Source of the DNA: an uncultured Rhodospirillales bacterium
GTDB lineage: Bacteria > Pseudomonadota > Alphaproteobacteria > Rhodospirillales > UBA2165
Direction: 5' to 3'
NCBI GenBank assembly: GCA_913055735.1
Contig: CAJXKD010000001.1
Coordinates: 1,453,099 to 1,517,098, forward strand
DNA: 64,000 nucleotides
Shown here: positions 45,164 to 54,769 of the stretch, piece by piece
How the letters are laid out: every line of letters starts with the position of its first letter
Numbering within the stretch: position 1 is the first letter of the stretch
Made by a program: the position numbers and the translations under genes
Notes under the pieces: model-generated
Database searches by the model: none
The model's input: the letters and a program-made list of their open reading frames with translations, nothing else
Told to the model about the DNA's origin: nothing

Positions 45164-46153
45164 ATGTATCGAATCTTTCGTTTTGGACGACGGCTCGCCA
45201 GCGCCTTGGCCATGTTTTTCGTGCTGGCTCATGGCGCTGTCGCGGCGGAAACCTTCGCCGTTACGGTGTCGCAGATCGACGACCGTAAAGCCGTATTTGC
45301 TACCGTGCAAAGCGTCGATCAGACCGTTGCCCGAACTCAGATCGGTGGCACTATCCGAGAGCTGACAGTTGATGAGGGGGCCCCCGTTTTTCACGGGCAG
45401 ATCATCGCTCGTGTCCACGATCCGAAGCTGGCGTTGCAGATATCGGCGCTTCAGGCACGCAAAAAATCCCTAGAGGCCCAACTCAAACTCGCGACCATTG
45501 AAATGGAGCGGGCACGTGATCTGCGCCGTAGCGGCGTGGGAAGCCAAGCGCGCCTTGACGACGCACAAACCCAACTCGACGTGGTGACGTCCGATCTTGC
45601 GGCGTTAAAAGCCGAGATCAAAGTCATTGAGCAACAAGTAACCGAAGGCGACGTGCTGGCACCAACGGACGGGCGTGTTCTGAAGGTGCATGTCACCGAC
45701 GGTAGTGTCGTGCTTCCAGGCGACATCGTCGCGACCATCGCAACCGAGACTTATATACTGCGTCTTCACCTGCCCGAGCGGCACGCGCGGTATATTTCGC
45801 CCGACGACCGCGTCCTCGTCGGCACGCGGGGCATGGAAACGGTCGCGCAGGATCTGGTCGAAGGCCGTGTCCGCCAGGTTTATCCCGAAATGGAAGATGG
45901 CCGTGTCGTTGCCGATGTGGAGGTTCACGGCCTTGGCGATTTCTTCGTCGGGGAACGCACTCGCGTTTATGTGGCGACCGGCAAGCGCGAGGCTATCATC
46001 GTGCCCGAGGGCTATATTTATCAGCGTTTCGGCGTCAGCTTCGCCCGTCTCGAGAACGGCAAGGAAGTGGCGGTTCGGGTCGGTTTGCCGGTAGACGGCG
46101 GCCTTGAAATCCTCGCCGGCTTGCGTCCCGGAGACGTTTTGGTGCGTCCATGA
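45164..46153 (+). CDS. RND efflux periplasmic adaptor (MFP/HlyD family)
   Basis: Signal/anchor, coiled-coil segment (LQARKKSLEAQLKLATIEMERARDL...), and beta-barrel C-terminal part. It begins 18 nt after the sqr stop. Confidence 0.85.
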   Translation: MYRIFRFGRRLASALAMFFVLAHGAVAAETFAVTVSQIDDRKAVFATVQSVDQTVARTQIGGTIRELTVDEGAPVFHGQIIARVHDPKLALQISALQARKKSLEAQLKLATIEMERARDLRRSGVGSQARLDDAQTQLDVVTSDLAALKAEIKVIEQQVTEGDVLAPTDGRVLKVHVTDGSVVLPGDIVATIATETYILRLHLPERHARYISPDDRVLVGTRGMETVAQDLVEGRVRQVYPEMEDGRVVADVEVHGLGDFFVGERTRVYVATGKREAIIVPEGYIYQRFGVSFARLENGKEVAVRVGLPVDGGLEILAGLRPGDVLVRP

Positions 46154-49100
46154 AGCTGGGAATCTCGGGCGGGATCACCCGCGCTTTTATCCAATCACCG
46201 CTGACCCCGCTGTTGATGATCGCGGCATTCCTGATGGGTGGGATCGCGCTCTGGGATCTTCCGCGTGAAGAGGAACCGCAGATCAGCGTGCCCATGGTCG
46301 ACATCATGGTCGAGGCCCCCGGTTTGCGCGCCGTCGACGCTGTCGAATTGGTGACGGAGCCGCTGGAAGACATCGTCAAGGGCATTGACGCGGTCGAGCA
46401 TGTGTACTCCCGCACCGAAGACGACCGCGTCCTCGTAACTGCGCGCTTTTTTGTCGGCACCGATGAAGACCGAGCCATCTTGCGGGTTCACGAAGACGTC
46501 CGCGCCAACCTCAACCGGATTCCCGTCGGCATTCCAGAGCCGCTGATCATCGGGCGCGGCATCAATGATGTCGCGATCATCACACTGACCTTGTTTCCCA
46601 AGGACGCCACCGATGACCGATGGACCGACAACACGCTTTACCGCCTCGCCGACGAGTTACAACACGAATTGATCAAGGTGAAGGATTCCGGCCTTACCTA
46701 TATTGTTGGTGGCCGGCCCGATCAAATCCGGATCGAGCCCGATCCGGAGCGGCTGTCGCTCTATGGCATCACCCTCAATCAACTCGTCGAAAAGGTGCGC
46801 AACGCCAATCGCTCCTTCCTCGCGGGGGCGTTGCGCGAAACCAATGCCGAGGTGCCCGTGTTTGCCGGGCAGACCCTGCGCGGCGTACCCGATGTCGGTT
46901 TGCTCACGATTACCAGCCGTGACGGTCGGCCGGTCTACGTCAAGGATGTGGCGAATATCGTTGTCGGCGCCGAGCCGCCCGACAGCCGGGCTTGGCATTT
47001 GACGCCGACCCTCGACGGTTTCGACCGCCGCCCGGCGGTGACCATCGCGTTCGCCAAGCGCCAAGGGGCCAATGCCGTTACCGTCTCCGAGGAACTGCTC
47101 GCCCGGCTCGACATGGTCCGGGAACGCCTCTTGCCGGAGGGCGTCGAAGTCGCGGTCACCCGCAACTACGGCGAGACGGCCCGCGACAAAGCGGACGAGT
47201 TGCTGTCACACCTTCTCGGCGCCACGGTGGTGATCGTTCTGATCATCGCCGTGTTTATCGGCTGGCGCGAGGGCATCGTGGTCATGGTGGTGATCCCCGC
47301 GACCATCCTGCTGACCTTCTTCTCGGCGTGGCTGATGGGCTTCACTATCAACCGGGTCAGTCTGTTCGCGCTCATTTTCGCCATCGGTATTCTGGTCGAC
47401 GACGCCATCGTGGTGGTGGAGAACATCGTCCGCCATTGGCATATGGACGACGACCGTAGCATCGTCGCCGCCGCTATCGACGCGGTGGCCGAAGTCGGCA
47501 ACCCGACGATCATCGCGACGTTGACGGTCATTTCCGCGCTGCTGCCCATGATGTTTGTTTCCGGCCTCATGGGCCCCTATATGAGCCCCATTCCCGCCAA
47601 CGCGTCGGCGGCAATGGTGTTCTCCTTCTTCGTGGCCGTCGTCATCACGCCGTGGCTTCTCGTCAAGCTGCATGGCCTGATGTCGCGCGGCAAAAAGAAA
47701 GACGGGCATGCCGCCGAGGAGGAAAACGCCCTCGGCCGGATCTACCGGGGTTTGGCGCGGCCCCTGGTCAAAGGCCGCGCCCCGTCACTGCTGTTCCTGT
47801 TGATCGTGGCGGTGGCGACGGTGGCCTCCATGGGACTGTTCGTCAGCAAGGATGTCGTCGTCAAACTGCTGCCCTTCGACAACAAATCCGAACTTCAGGT
47901 GGTTGTCGATCTTCCCGAGGGCAGCAGTTTGGAAGCGACCGAACGTACCTTGATGGCGGCCGCCGACCGGCTGGTCACGATCCCGGAACTTTCGAACATT
48001 CAGCTGTATGCCGGTGCGTCGGCGCCATTCGGCTTCAATGGCCTGGTGCGGCAGTTCTATCTGCGCACCCGGGCGGAGCTCGGCGATCTGCAGGTCAACC
48101 TGCTGCCCAAGGAAGAGCGCGACCGGACGAGCCATGTGGTCGCGCTCGAGGTGCGGGAGCTTCTAAAGGATCTGCCTACGCCTGAAGGCACCAGCATCAA
48201 GGTGGTGGAAGTGCCGCCGGGCCCGCCGGTTTGGGCGACATTGCTGGCGGAAGTTTATGGCCCTGACGAACAAAGCCGCCGGTCGGCGGCCATGCAGGTC
48301 CGCGAGGCCTTCTCCGCCGTCGATTTCGTCGTCGATATCGATGACAGCTATGGCGTGCCCAGTGAGCGCTTCCGCGTCGAGATCGATCAGGAGAATCTCG
48401 AGTTTCACGGTGTCGAGGAAGCGGATGTCTATGACACCATCGCGTCCCTGATCGGCGGGGTGAGCGTCGGCTACTCTCATCGCGGCCAGGGTGCCAATCC
48501 GGTAGAGATCGCCGTTCGCCTTCCCAATAGCGACCTGTTCCCGAGCGAACGTCTGTGGTCGACGCCGGTGCCGTCGCGGGGCGGGGTGGTTGAGTTGGGC
48601 GACGTGGTGCGGCTCAAGCGCGAACGTGCGTCCTATCCCCTGTTCCGCCGCGATGGGCGCTACGCCGAAATGGTGACGGCGGAACTCGCCGGGCAGTTCG
48701 AAGCGCCGATATATGGCATGCTCGCCGTCGAGGACGTCTTGAAAAACCGTTTCGGCGATGCAGGCCCGACGATCGGCTATCACGGCCAGCCCGCCGACGA
48801 ATCCAAGATCACGCTGCTTTGGGATGGGGAGTGGGAGGTGACCTATACGACCTTCCGCGATCTCGGGGCCGCCTTCGGTGTCGCCCTATTGGCCATTTAT
48901 CTCCTGGTGGTCGGGCAATTCTCGAGCTTCCGGCTGCCCATCGTCATTATGATCCCCATCCCCTTAACCTTCACCGGCATCCTTGTCGGTCACTGGCTGG
49001 TTGGGGCGGCGTTTACCGCGACGTCCATGATCGGCTTCATCGCCCTCGCCGGTATTATGGTGCGCAACTCGATTCTGTTGGTGGATTTCATCCGTGCCCG

Positions 49101-49350
49101 TCAGGCCGAGGGGGCGCCGCTGAGGGTATGCCTGCTGGACGCGGGCGCGATCCGGGTGCGGCCGATCTTCCTCACCGCGATTACCGCCATGGTCGGCGCA
49201 GCCTTCATTCTGCTCGATCCGATCTTCCAGGGACTGGCGGTGTCGCTGCTGTTCGGTCTCGCCTCGTCGACCATCCTGACGCTGTTCGTTATTCCCGCCC
49301 TTTATGTTTGGCGGCGGGACGACGGACGCGGTTTCGGAGAAGCGGTCTAG
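46150..49350 (+). CDS. RND-family efflux permease (AcrB-like, 12 TM)
   Basis: 1066 aa with two large periplasmic loops and conserved TM4-type GILVDDAIVVVENI. ATGA overlap with the adaptor gene. Confidence 0.9.
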   Translation: MKLGISGGITRAFIQSPLTPLLMIAAFLMGGIALWDLPREEEPQISVPMVDIMVEAPGLRAVDAVELVTEPLEDIVKGIDAVEHVYSRTEDDRVLVTARFFVGTDEDRAILRVHEDVRANLNRIPVGIPEPLIIGRGINDVAIITLTLFPKDATDDRWTDNTLYRLADELQHELIKVKDSGLTYIVGGRPDQIRIEPDPERLSLYGITLNQLVEKVRNANRSFLAGALRETNAEVPVFAGQTLRGVPDVGLLTITSRDGRPVYVKDVANIVVGAEPPDSRAWHLTPTLDGFDRRPAVTIAFAKRQGANAVTVSEELLARLDMVRERLLPEGVEVAVTRNYGETARDKADELLSHLLGATVVIVLIIAVFIGWREGIVVMVVIPATILLTFFSAWLMGFTINRVSLFALIFAIGILVDDAIVVVENIVRHWHMDDDRSIVAAAIDAVAEVGNPTIIATLTVISALLPMMFVSGLMGPYMSPIPANASAAMVFSFFVAVVITPWLLVKLHGLMSRGKKKDGHAAEEENALGRIYRGLARPLVKGRAPSLLFLLIVAVATVASMGLFVSKDVVVKLLPFDNKSELQVVVDLPEGSSLEATERTLMAAADRLVTIPELSNIQLYAGASAPFGFNGLVRQFYLRTRAELGDLQVNLLPKEERDRTSHVVALEVRELLKDLPTPEGTSIKVVEVPPGPPVWATLLAEVYGPDEQSRRSAAMQVREAFSAVDFVVDIDDSYGVPSERFRVEIDQENLEFHGVEEADVYDTIASLIGGVSVGYSHRGQGANPVEIAVRLPNSDLFPSERLWSTPVPSRGGVVELGDVVRLKRERASYPLFRRDGRYAEMVTAELAGQFEAPIYGMLAVEDVLKNRFGDAGPTIGYHGQPADESKITLLWDGEWEVTYTTFRDLGAAFGVALLAIYLLVVGQFSSFRLPIVIMIPIPLTFTGILVGHWLVGAAFTATSMIGFIALAGIMVRNSILLVDFIRARQAEGAPLRVCLLDAGAIRVRPIFLTAITAMVGAAFILLDPIFQGLAVSLLFGLASSTILTLFVIPALYVWRRDDGRGFGEAV

Positions 49351-50027
49351 CTGTCCAAGTCTGGCGCTTCGAGGGGCTTCCAATCGTTGGCAAGACGTAG
49401 GGTTGCACCGGTGCGATCCTGCAGTTCGTCGAAGGTCATGCCGTCGATCATTTCGCGCACCACCATGCCGTCGGGGGTCCGGTCGATCACCGCGATATCG
49501 GTGAACACCCGGCTCACGCATTCGCGTCCCGTCAGTGGTAGCTCGGTCTTCTTGACGATCTTGGGCGAGCCGTCCTTGGAATTGTGATCGCAGATCACGT
49601 AGACCTGCTTCGCCCCGTAGGCAAGGTCCATGGCGCCGCCGACGGCTGGGGCGGTCTTTGAATTGGGCAGCCGCCAGTTGGCGAGATCGCCGTTCTCCGC
49701 AACCTCATAGGCGCCGAGGACGGTGTAATCCAGGTGCCCGCCCCGGACCATAAGGAAGGAGTCCGCGTGGTGGAAGAAGGCGCCGCCCGGGTTCATCTTA
49801 ACCGGGCGCTTGCCGGCATTGACCAGTTCCGGATCTTCGGGATCGCCCGGGTCCAGGGCCTTCATGCCGAGAATGCCGTTTTCGGAGTGGAAAATGATCT
49901 CGCGGTCATCGGGGGTTTGGTCGAGCACCGCCAGCGGGATGCCGACGCCAAGGTTGACGACCGATCCTTCGGGGATGTCGTGGGCACAGCGCCACGCCAT
50001 CTGGAGACGATTAAGGGGCTGGGTCAT
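49347..50027 (-). CDS. 3-oxoacid CoA-transferase, subunit B
   Basis: NLGVGIPLAV...FHSENGILG (catalytic Glu motif SENG). Confidence 0.9.
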   Translation of the reverse strand: MTQPLNRLQMAWRCAHDIPEGSVVNLGVGIPLAVLDQTPDDREIIFHSENGILGMKALDPGDPEDPELVNAGKRPVKMNPGGAFFHHADSFLMVRGGHLDYTVLGAYEVAENGDLANWRLPNSKTAPAVGGAMDLAYGAKQVYVICDHNSKDGSPKIVKKTELPLTGRECVSRVFTDIAVIDRTPDGMVVREMIDGMTFDELQDRTGATLRLANDWKPLEAPDLDS

Positions 50028-50698
50028 GCGTTCATGGGCTCCACTTCAACGACGCGGTCAACGAAGATGCTGGGCGTCACGATAACTTCCGGATCGAGCT
50101 CTCCGAGCTCGACGACCGTCTTGACCTGGGCGATGGTCATTTCCGCTCCCATGGCCATGACGGGGTTAAAATTCCGCATGGATTTAGTATAGACCAGATT
50201 GCCCCAGCGGTCGCCCTTGAGGCCCTTCACGAGGGCGACATCGCCGCGAATGGCGCGCTCCATAAGGTATTCCTTGCCGTCGAACTCGCGCACTTCCTTG
50301 CCCTCGGCAAGGGGTGTGCCCCAGGCGGTGCGGGTATAGAAGGCGGGAACCCCGGCAGCCCCGGCGCGGACCCGTTCGGCGATGGTCCCTTGGGGCACAA
50401 TCTCCAGGTCTATCTTGCCGGCCTCGTAAAGCTCCTCGAACACGGTGGAGCCTGGTACCCGCGGGTAGGAACAGACCAGCTTGGCGACGCAGCCCTCGGC
50501 CAGCATTCGCCCGATCCCCGCTTCGCCGGACCCGGCATTGTTGGTAACGATGGTCAAATCGCGGACTTTCCGCCGGGCCAGTGCGTCGCATAGCTCCTGC
50601 GGCTCGCCGGTCATGCCGAACCCGCCGATCAGCACGATGGAGCCGTCCTTGACGTCGGCGACGGCTTCTTCGGCACTTTCTCTTATTTTATTGATCAA
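50024..50698 (-). CDS. 3-oxoacid CoA-transferase, subunit A
   Basis: ORF 50024..50755 trimmed to TTG 50698 (INKIRESAEEAVADVKDGSIVLIGGFG) behind GGGAGGA. The start call is tentative. Confidence 0.8.
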   Translation of the reverse strand: MINKIRESAEEAVADVKDGSIVLIGGFGMTGEPQELCDALARRKVRDLTIVTNNAGSGEAGIGRMLAEGCVAKLVCSYPRVPGSTVFEELYEAGKIDLEIVPQGTIAERVRAGAAGVPAFYTRTAWGTPLAEGKEVREFDGKEYLMERAIRGDVALVKGLKGDRWGNLVYTKSMRNFNPVMAMGAEMTIAQVKTVVELGELDPEVIVTPSIFVDRVVEVEPMNA

Positions 50699-50810
50699 TT
50701 CCGATCCTCCCGTCCGTAGTCCGCACAAATTGGTAAATCGGACATGGTAAGTCAATCACCCGCGACCTATAACCGGGCCAACAATCAACAGCAGAGTGGG
50801 AGGAATCCTC

Positions 50811-51203
50811 ATGGCCGATTCCGCATCTTCGCCATTTGCCGGCGATGGGCCGGAACTGACGTTCCGCAAAGGCCTCGACTCCGGCGAGTTCAAAATCCAG
50901 AAATGTAACGATTGCGGCAGCACCATCTATTACCCGCGCGCCGTCTGCAATCATTGCGGCTCCGCCAACTACAGCTGGCACACCGCGTCGGGGAACGGCA
51001 CCGTTTATTCGACCAGCGTCGAGCGCACGCCGCCGGAAAAGGGCGGTAATCAGAACCTCGCCATCATCGATCTCGAGGAAGGCGGCCGTCTAATGAGCCG
51101 CGTCGTCGATATCGATCCCACCGAGGTCAAGATCGGCATGGCGGTCAAGGCCTTCATCGGCGAGATCGGCGGCACCAAGCTGATCCTGTTCCGTCCCGCC
51201 TAA
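50811..51203 (+). CDS. DUF35 Zn-ribbon/OB-fold protein (thiolase partner)
   Basis: CNDCGSTIYYPRAVCNHCGS is a rubredoxin-like ribbon, followed by an OB fold. ATG 50811 sits behind GGGAGGA. Confidence 0.8.
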   Translation: MADSASSPFAGDGPELTFRKGLDSGEFKIQKCNDCGSTIYYPRAVCNHCGSANYSWHTASGNGTVYSTSVERTPPEKGGNQNLAIIDLEEGGRLMSRVVDIDPTEVKIGMAVKAFIGEIGGTKLILFRPA

Positions 51204-51225
51204 GCCAGTCACAGGGAGAAGAAGA

Positions 51226-52386
51226 ATGACACATCCTCTACGCGGCTCCTCCGCCGTCGTCGGCATCGGCCTGACGGAGTTCGGCGATCTGCCTGGCAAG
51301 ACGGCCATCGAAGTATTGGCCGAAGCCTCCCACAACGCCCTCGCTGACGCAGGCCTCACCCTCCGGGACGTGGACGGGTTGTTTACCTCGTCCATGGAGC
51401 GCGTGTTCCACCCGCTTCAGGTCTGCGAATATCTCGGCGTGCAGCCCAAGGTCATCGACGGCACCAACATCGGCGGCTCGGCTTTCGTCAATTGCGTTCA
51501 TACCGCGGCGATGGCCATCGCTACCGGCGAATGTGAGGTCGCGTTGATCTGCTACGGCTCCATTTCCCGGTCCAACCGCAAGAACAAGGTGCGCGGCGCC
51601 AATCCCAACGCGGGCGCGCTGCACATGTCGGAATACCAATCGCGCCAGCCCATCGTGTCTTATGCCATGGCCGCCGCGCGGCACATGTATCAATACGGCA
51701 CGACGCGGGAGCAGTTGAGTCATGTCGCGGTTTCGGCCCGCCAATGGGCGATGAAGAACCCGCGCGCCGAGATGCGCGACCCGTTGACGGTCGAGGAAGT
51801 TTCGAACGCGCGTCTGATCTGCGATCCGTTCACGCTGTTCGATTGTTGTCTGGTGTCCGACGCGGGCGCGGCAATCGTCATGACGTCGGCAGAGCGGGCC
51901 AAGGACTTCCCGCACAAGCCGGTCTATCTGCTTGGCATCGGCACCGCCATCACCCATGACCAGATCGGCCAAATGCCCGATCTAACGGTGACGGCGGCGG
52001 CACAGTCGGGCCCGCGCGCGTTCGCGATGGCCGAGATGAAACCCTCCGACATCGACGTCGCGGAGTTCTACGACGCTTTCACCATCAATACGCTGCTGTT
52101 CCTGGAAGACCTCGGCTTCGTGCCGAAAGGCGAGGCGGGCCCCTTCGTGGCCGACGGCAATATTGCGCCCGGTGGTTCATTGCCGGTGAATACCAACGGC
52201 GGCGGGCTTTCCTGTGTGCATCCCGGCATGTACGGCATGTTCGTCACCATCGAGGCGGTCGAGCAGTTGCGTGGTGGGTGCGGCGAGCGGCAGATCGACG
52301 GCGCTCAGGTCGCGCTCGCCAACGGCAATGGCGGCGTGCTGTCGAGCCAGGTGACGGCCATCTACGGGACCGACGAGACATTGTAA
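51226..52386 (+). CDS. thiolase-fold protein (SCP-x/DUF35-associated type)
   Basis: 386 aa. It has a thiolase-like N-terminal region and C-terminal NTNGGGLSCVHPG and GNGG motifs. Confidence 0.8.
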   Translation: MTHPLRGSSAVVGIGLTEFGDLPGKTAIEVLAEASHNALADAGLTLRDVDGLFTSSMERVFHPLQVCEYLGVQPKVIDGTNIGGSAFVNCVHTAAMAIATGECEVALICYGSISRSNRKNKVRGANPNAGALHMSEYQSRQPIVSYAMAAARHMYQYGTTREQLSHVAVSARQWAMKNPRAEMRDPLTVEEVSNARLICDPFTLFDCCLVSDAGAAIVMTSAERAKDFPHKPVYLLGIGTAITHDQIGQMPDLTVTAAAQSGPRAFAMAEMKPSDIDVAEFYDAFTINTLLFLEDLGFVPKGEAGPFVADGNIAPGGSLPVNTNGGGLSCVHPGMYGMFVTIEAVEQLRGGCGERQIDGAQVALANGNGGVLSSQVTAIYGTDETL

Positions 52387-52397
52387 GGCAGGCCGCA

Positions 52398-52442
52398 CAA
52401 AAAACACCGGCATCGGGACCACCGATGCCGGTGTTTTGTTTT
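52398..52442. terminator. bidirectional rho-independent terminator
   Basis: Perfect 14-bp stem AACACCGGCATCGG-gacca-CCGATGCCGGTGTT, flanked by A-run and T-run. Confidence 0.85.
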
Positions 52443-52451
52443 GAATAGGGG

Positions 52452-52883
52452 TCAAAGACCCTTGATTTTGATCTTACGTTCCTTGGCTTCCGGTGCGGAC
52501 TTCTGCACCTTGATGCTGAGGACGCCGTTCTTCAGCTCGGCTGCAACGTTGTCGGGATTCGTGTCCTCCGGCAGGCGGAAGGAGCGTTCGAAGGCGCCGT
52601 AATGGCGTTCGTCGAAATAGAGCTTATGCTCCTCGCTCAGTGTTGCCGGCTTCTTCTCGCCTTTCACGATCAATGTGTGGTCGTTAAGCGTGATGTCGAC
52701 GTCGGCTTCCGCCACGCCCGGTAGCTCGATGTTGATTTCATAGTAGGCCTCCGTCGACGAGGCGTCGGCGGCCGGGGAATAGTATTCCGCGAATTTCGTT
52801 CCCATGTGGCGGAACGGGTCGGCATATGTAGGCCACCAATCCGCGCCCTGACGGAACGGCGCGGTATGGGATTTCTCAACCAT
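52452..52883 (-). CDS. Hsp20/alpha-crystallin-family small heat-shock protein
   Basis: Alpha-crystallin domain pattern: YEINIELPGVAEADVDITLNDHTLIVKGEKK...FERSFRLPEDT...AELKNGVLSIKV. Confidence 0.9.
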   Translation of the reverse strand: MVEKSHTAPFRQGADWWPTYADPFRHMGTKFAEYYSPAADASSTEAYYEINIELPGVAEADVDITLNDHTLIVKGEKKPATLSEEHKLYFDERHYGAFERSFRLPEDTNPDNVAAELKNGVLSIKVQKSAPEAKERKIKIKGL

Positions 52884-53002
52884 GGCTCGCTCCTAAGTTA
52901 TCAGCTTCTCTTACCGGGTTGCTCCGGATTCATCTTGCCGAGACTCTCTGCTACACACCCGGTTGGCGCCTTGATGGACGTCAATCGGCCGTTCGGTTTC
53001 CG

Positions 53003-53554
53003 CTATGCGGCCTGCGGTAGATCGTGAAGGTGCACGTCGTGCGCGGAATGGGTCGACAGGATTTTTTGCGCCTTTTCCTCGTGCGCGGCATCGCGGGTGT
53101 GGACCCATAGCAGCAACCCGCCTTTTTCCAACTGTTCGTTCAGATAGTCGGCGTGGTGTTTCTCGAGCATGGCCGACAGGACGGTGCCGATAGCGGCGCC
53201 CGCACCGCCTGCCAGCGCAGCCGCCCCCGCGGCGGCGGCAACGGTCCCACCGGTGGCGACGACAAGGCCGATGGCCGTTGCGGCCGCGACATAGAGGGGG
53301 GCACCGATCAGCGCGCCTTCGGCATCGCCGATGGTTTCCGGCGCCATATAGGCGGCTCGGGATGATTGCGGGTCGTCTTCCAAATCCTCGACCTTTTCAT
53401 AGATATGGCCGAGCTTTTCCTCGACGGCCTGATGGCCGGCCAGCAGGCTTAGATCGACGCGGTTGAAGCCCGAACTCAGCAGTTCGTCGATGGCGGCTTG
53501 TAATGTTTCGGCGTCGTCGAAAACGCCGACGGCCTCACGAACGGTCGTGGACAT
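53003..53554 (-). CDS. hypothetical Gly/Ala-rich membrane-associated (stress-type) protein
   Basis: ORF 53003..53614 trimmed to MSTTVREAVGVF (ATG 53554) behind GGGAGGA. A central G/A-rich hydrophobic stretch is present. Co-oriented with hsp20. Confidence 0.55.
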   Translation of the reverse strand: MSTTVREAVGVFDDAETLQAAIDELLSSGFNRVDLSLLAGHQAVEEKLGHIYEKVEDLEDDPQSSRAAYMAPETIGDAEGALIGAPLYVAAATAIGLVVATGGTVAAAAGAAALAGGAGAAIGTVLSAMLEKHHADYLNEQLEKGGLLLWVHTRDAAHEEKAQKILSTHSAHDVHLHDLPQAA

Positions 53555-53721
53555 GTGCGTATCCTCCCACTTGTGATAGGCGAAAACCCTATACCCGACG
53601 TGTCGTGGGCTCATTGATAACGATCAAACTGGACCCATCCCGTCTGTTCATTTAAGGGTTGATGACAATAAATCGATTCGTCCGAATGGACGGCGGAATG
53701 AAGACCAGGGAGGCTCATTTT

Positions 53722-54753
53722 ATGAAAGCGATGGTTCTCGACGGACCCAACCAACCCTTCAGATTGGCCGAGGTGCCGGACCCGGTCGCCGGTTCCGGCG
53801 AAGCAGTGGCCAAGGTCATTGCCTGCGGGTCCGGATTGACCATTCAGCACGTCAAAGCGGGGCGGACGCCCGCCGAATTCCCGCGCATCATCGGCCATGA
53901 AATCGCCGCTGAAATCGTCGAGGTGGGGCCGGGTGTGGACAACCTTGCCGTCGGCGACGCGGTGACGGCGCACTATTATCTGACCTGCGGCCACTGCCGC
54001 TGGTGCCTCTCCGACCGTGAATCCCTATGTCAGACCAATTCCGGCAATGTCGGGCGCATCATCGATGGCGGCTATGCCGAATACATCAAACTGCCGGCGC
54101 GCACTTTCATCAAGTTTCCGGAAGGCCTCGACTACAAGGCACACCCGGCCGAAGCGGGCGTGGCGGCGGATGCCTTGGCGACGCCGGTAAAAGTATTGAA
54201 GCGCGCCCGGGTCAAACCAGGCGAATGGGTCGCGGTGTTCGGTGCTGGCGGCGGGGTCGGCATCCACATGGTGATGATGGGCGCCTATGCGCATGCGCGG
54301 GTGATCGCCGTCGATACCAAGCCGGAAAAGTTCGATGCCTGTAAGAAGGCGGGGGCCGAAATTTGCATCGACGGCGGCCGCAACGATCTTCCCGAGGCGC
54401 TTTTGGACATAACCGGCGGCGGCGTCGACGTGGCCGTGGATTTCGTCTCCGCGCGCCAGACGTTGGAGACCGGGTTCAAGTCGTTGGGCATCGGTGGCCG
54501 CTTGGTAACCTTGGGCGGCTCCGGCCAGCCGTTCGAGGTGACGGCATCTTCCTTGCTGTTCGGCGAGCGCGAAGTGCTGGGCAGCCGCTATTGCACCAAG
54601 GGCGAGTTGGTCGAAACCTTGGAACTGGTTGCACGCCGCGAAGTGTGGCCGTTGGTGACGGATGTCCGCCCGCTGGAAGAAGCCGAAGCGCTGCACGCCG
54701 ATGTGGAGGCGGGCCTGGTCATCGGCCGTGCCGCCCTGATGGTGGCGCCGTAA
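53722..54753 (+). CDS. zinc-dependent alcohol dehydrogenase (MDR) family oxidoreductase
   Basis: ORF 53659..54753 trimmed to MKAMVLDG (ATG 53722) behind GGGAGG. Motifs are GHEIAAEIVEVG, structural-Zn cysteines CGHCRWC, and VFGAGGGVG. Confidence 0.85.
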   Translation: MKAMVLDGPNQPFRLAEVPDPVAGSGEAVAKVIACGSGLTIQHVKAGRTPAEFPRIIGHEIAAEIVEVGPGVDNLAVGDAVTAHYYLTCGHCRWCLSDRESLCQTNSGNVGRIIDGGYAEYIKLPARTFIKFPEGLDYKAHPAEAGVAADALATPVKVLKRARVKPGEWVAVFGAGGGVGIHMVMMGAYAHARVIAVDTKPEKFDACKKAGAEICIDGGRNDLPEALLDITGGGVDVAVDFVSARQTLETGFKSLGIGGRLVTLGGSGQPFEVTASSLLFGEREVLGSRYCTKGELVETLELVARREVWPLVTDVRPLEEAEALHADVEAGLVIGRAALMVAP

Positions 54754-54769
54754 GCCCATGGGAGCAGCC

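Noticed and set aside
43874-45418. 514-aa minus-strand ORF.
   Set aside because: It is antisense to sqr and the start of the RND adaptor gene. No domain signature is present, and it is the reverse-frame artefact of a GC-rich region.
28164-49350. Possible genomic island integrated at tRNA-Gly.
   Set aside because: The block downstream of the tRNA is accessory-looking. However, I could find no integrase, transposase or plasmid/phage gene, and no direct repeat of the tRNA 3' end by eye. Apart from short AT-rich promoters the composition looks native. It is treated as a metabolic neighbourhood, not a mobile element.
52884-53002. ROSE-type RNA thermometer or RpoH (CTTG-N17-CYTATNT) promoter upstream of hsp20.
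   Set aside because: I read the 119-nt leader on the coding strand. I found no anti-SD stretch pairing with AGGAGC in the ROSE manner and no convincing sigma-32 hexamers. It cannot be supported without a covariance-model search.
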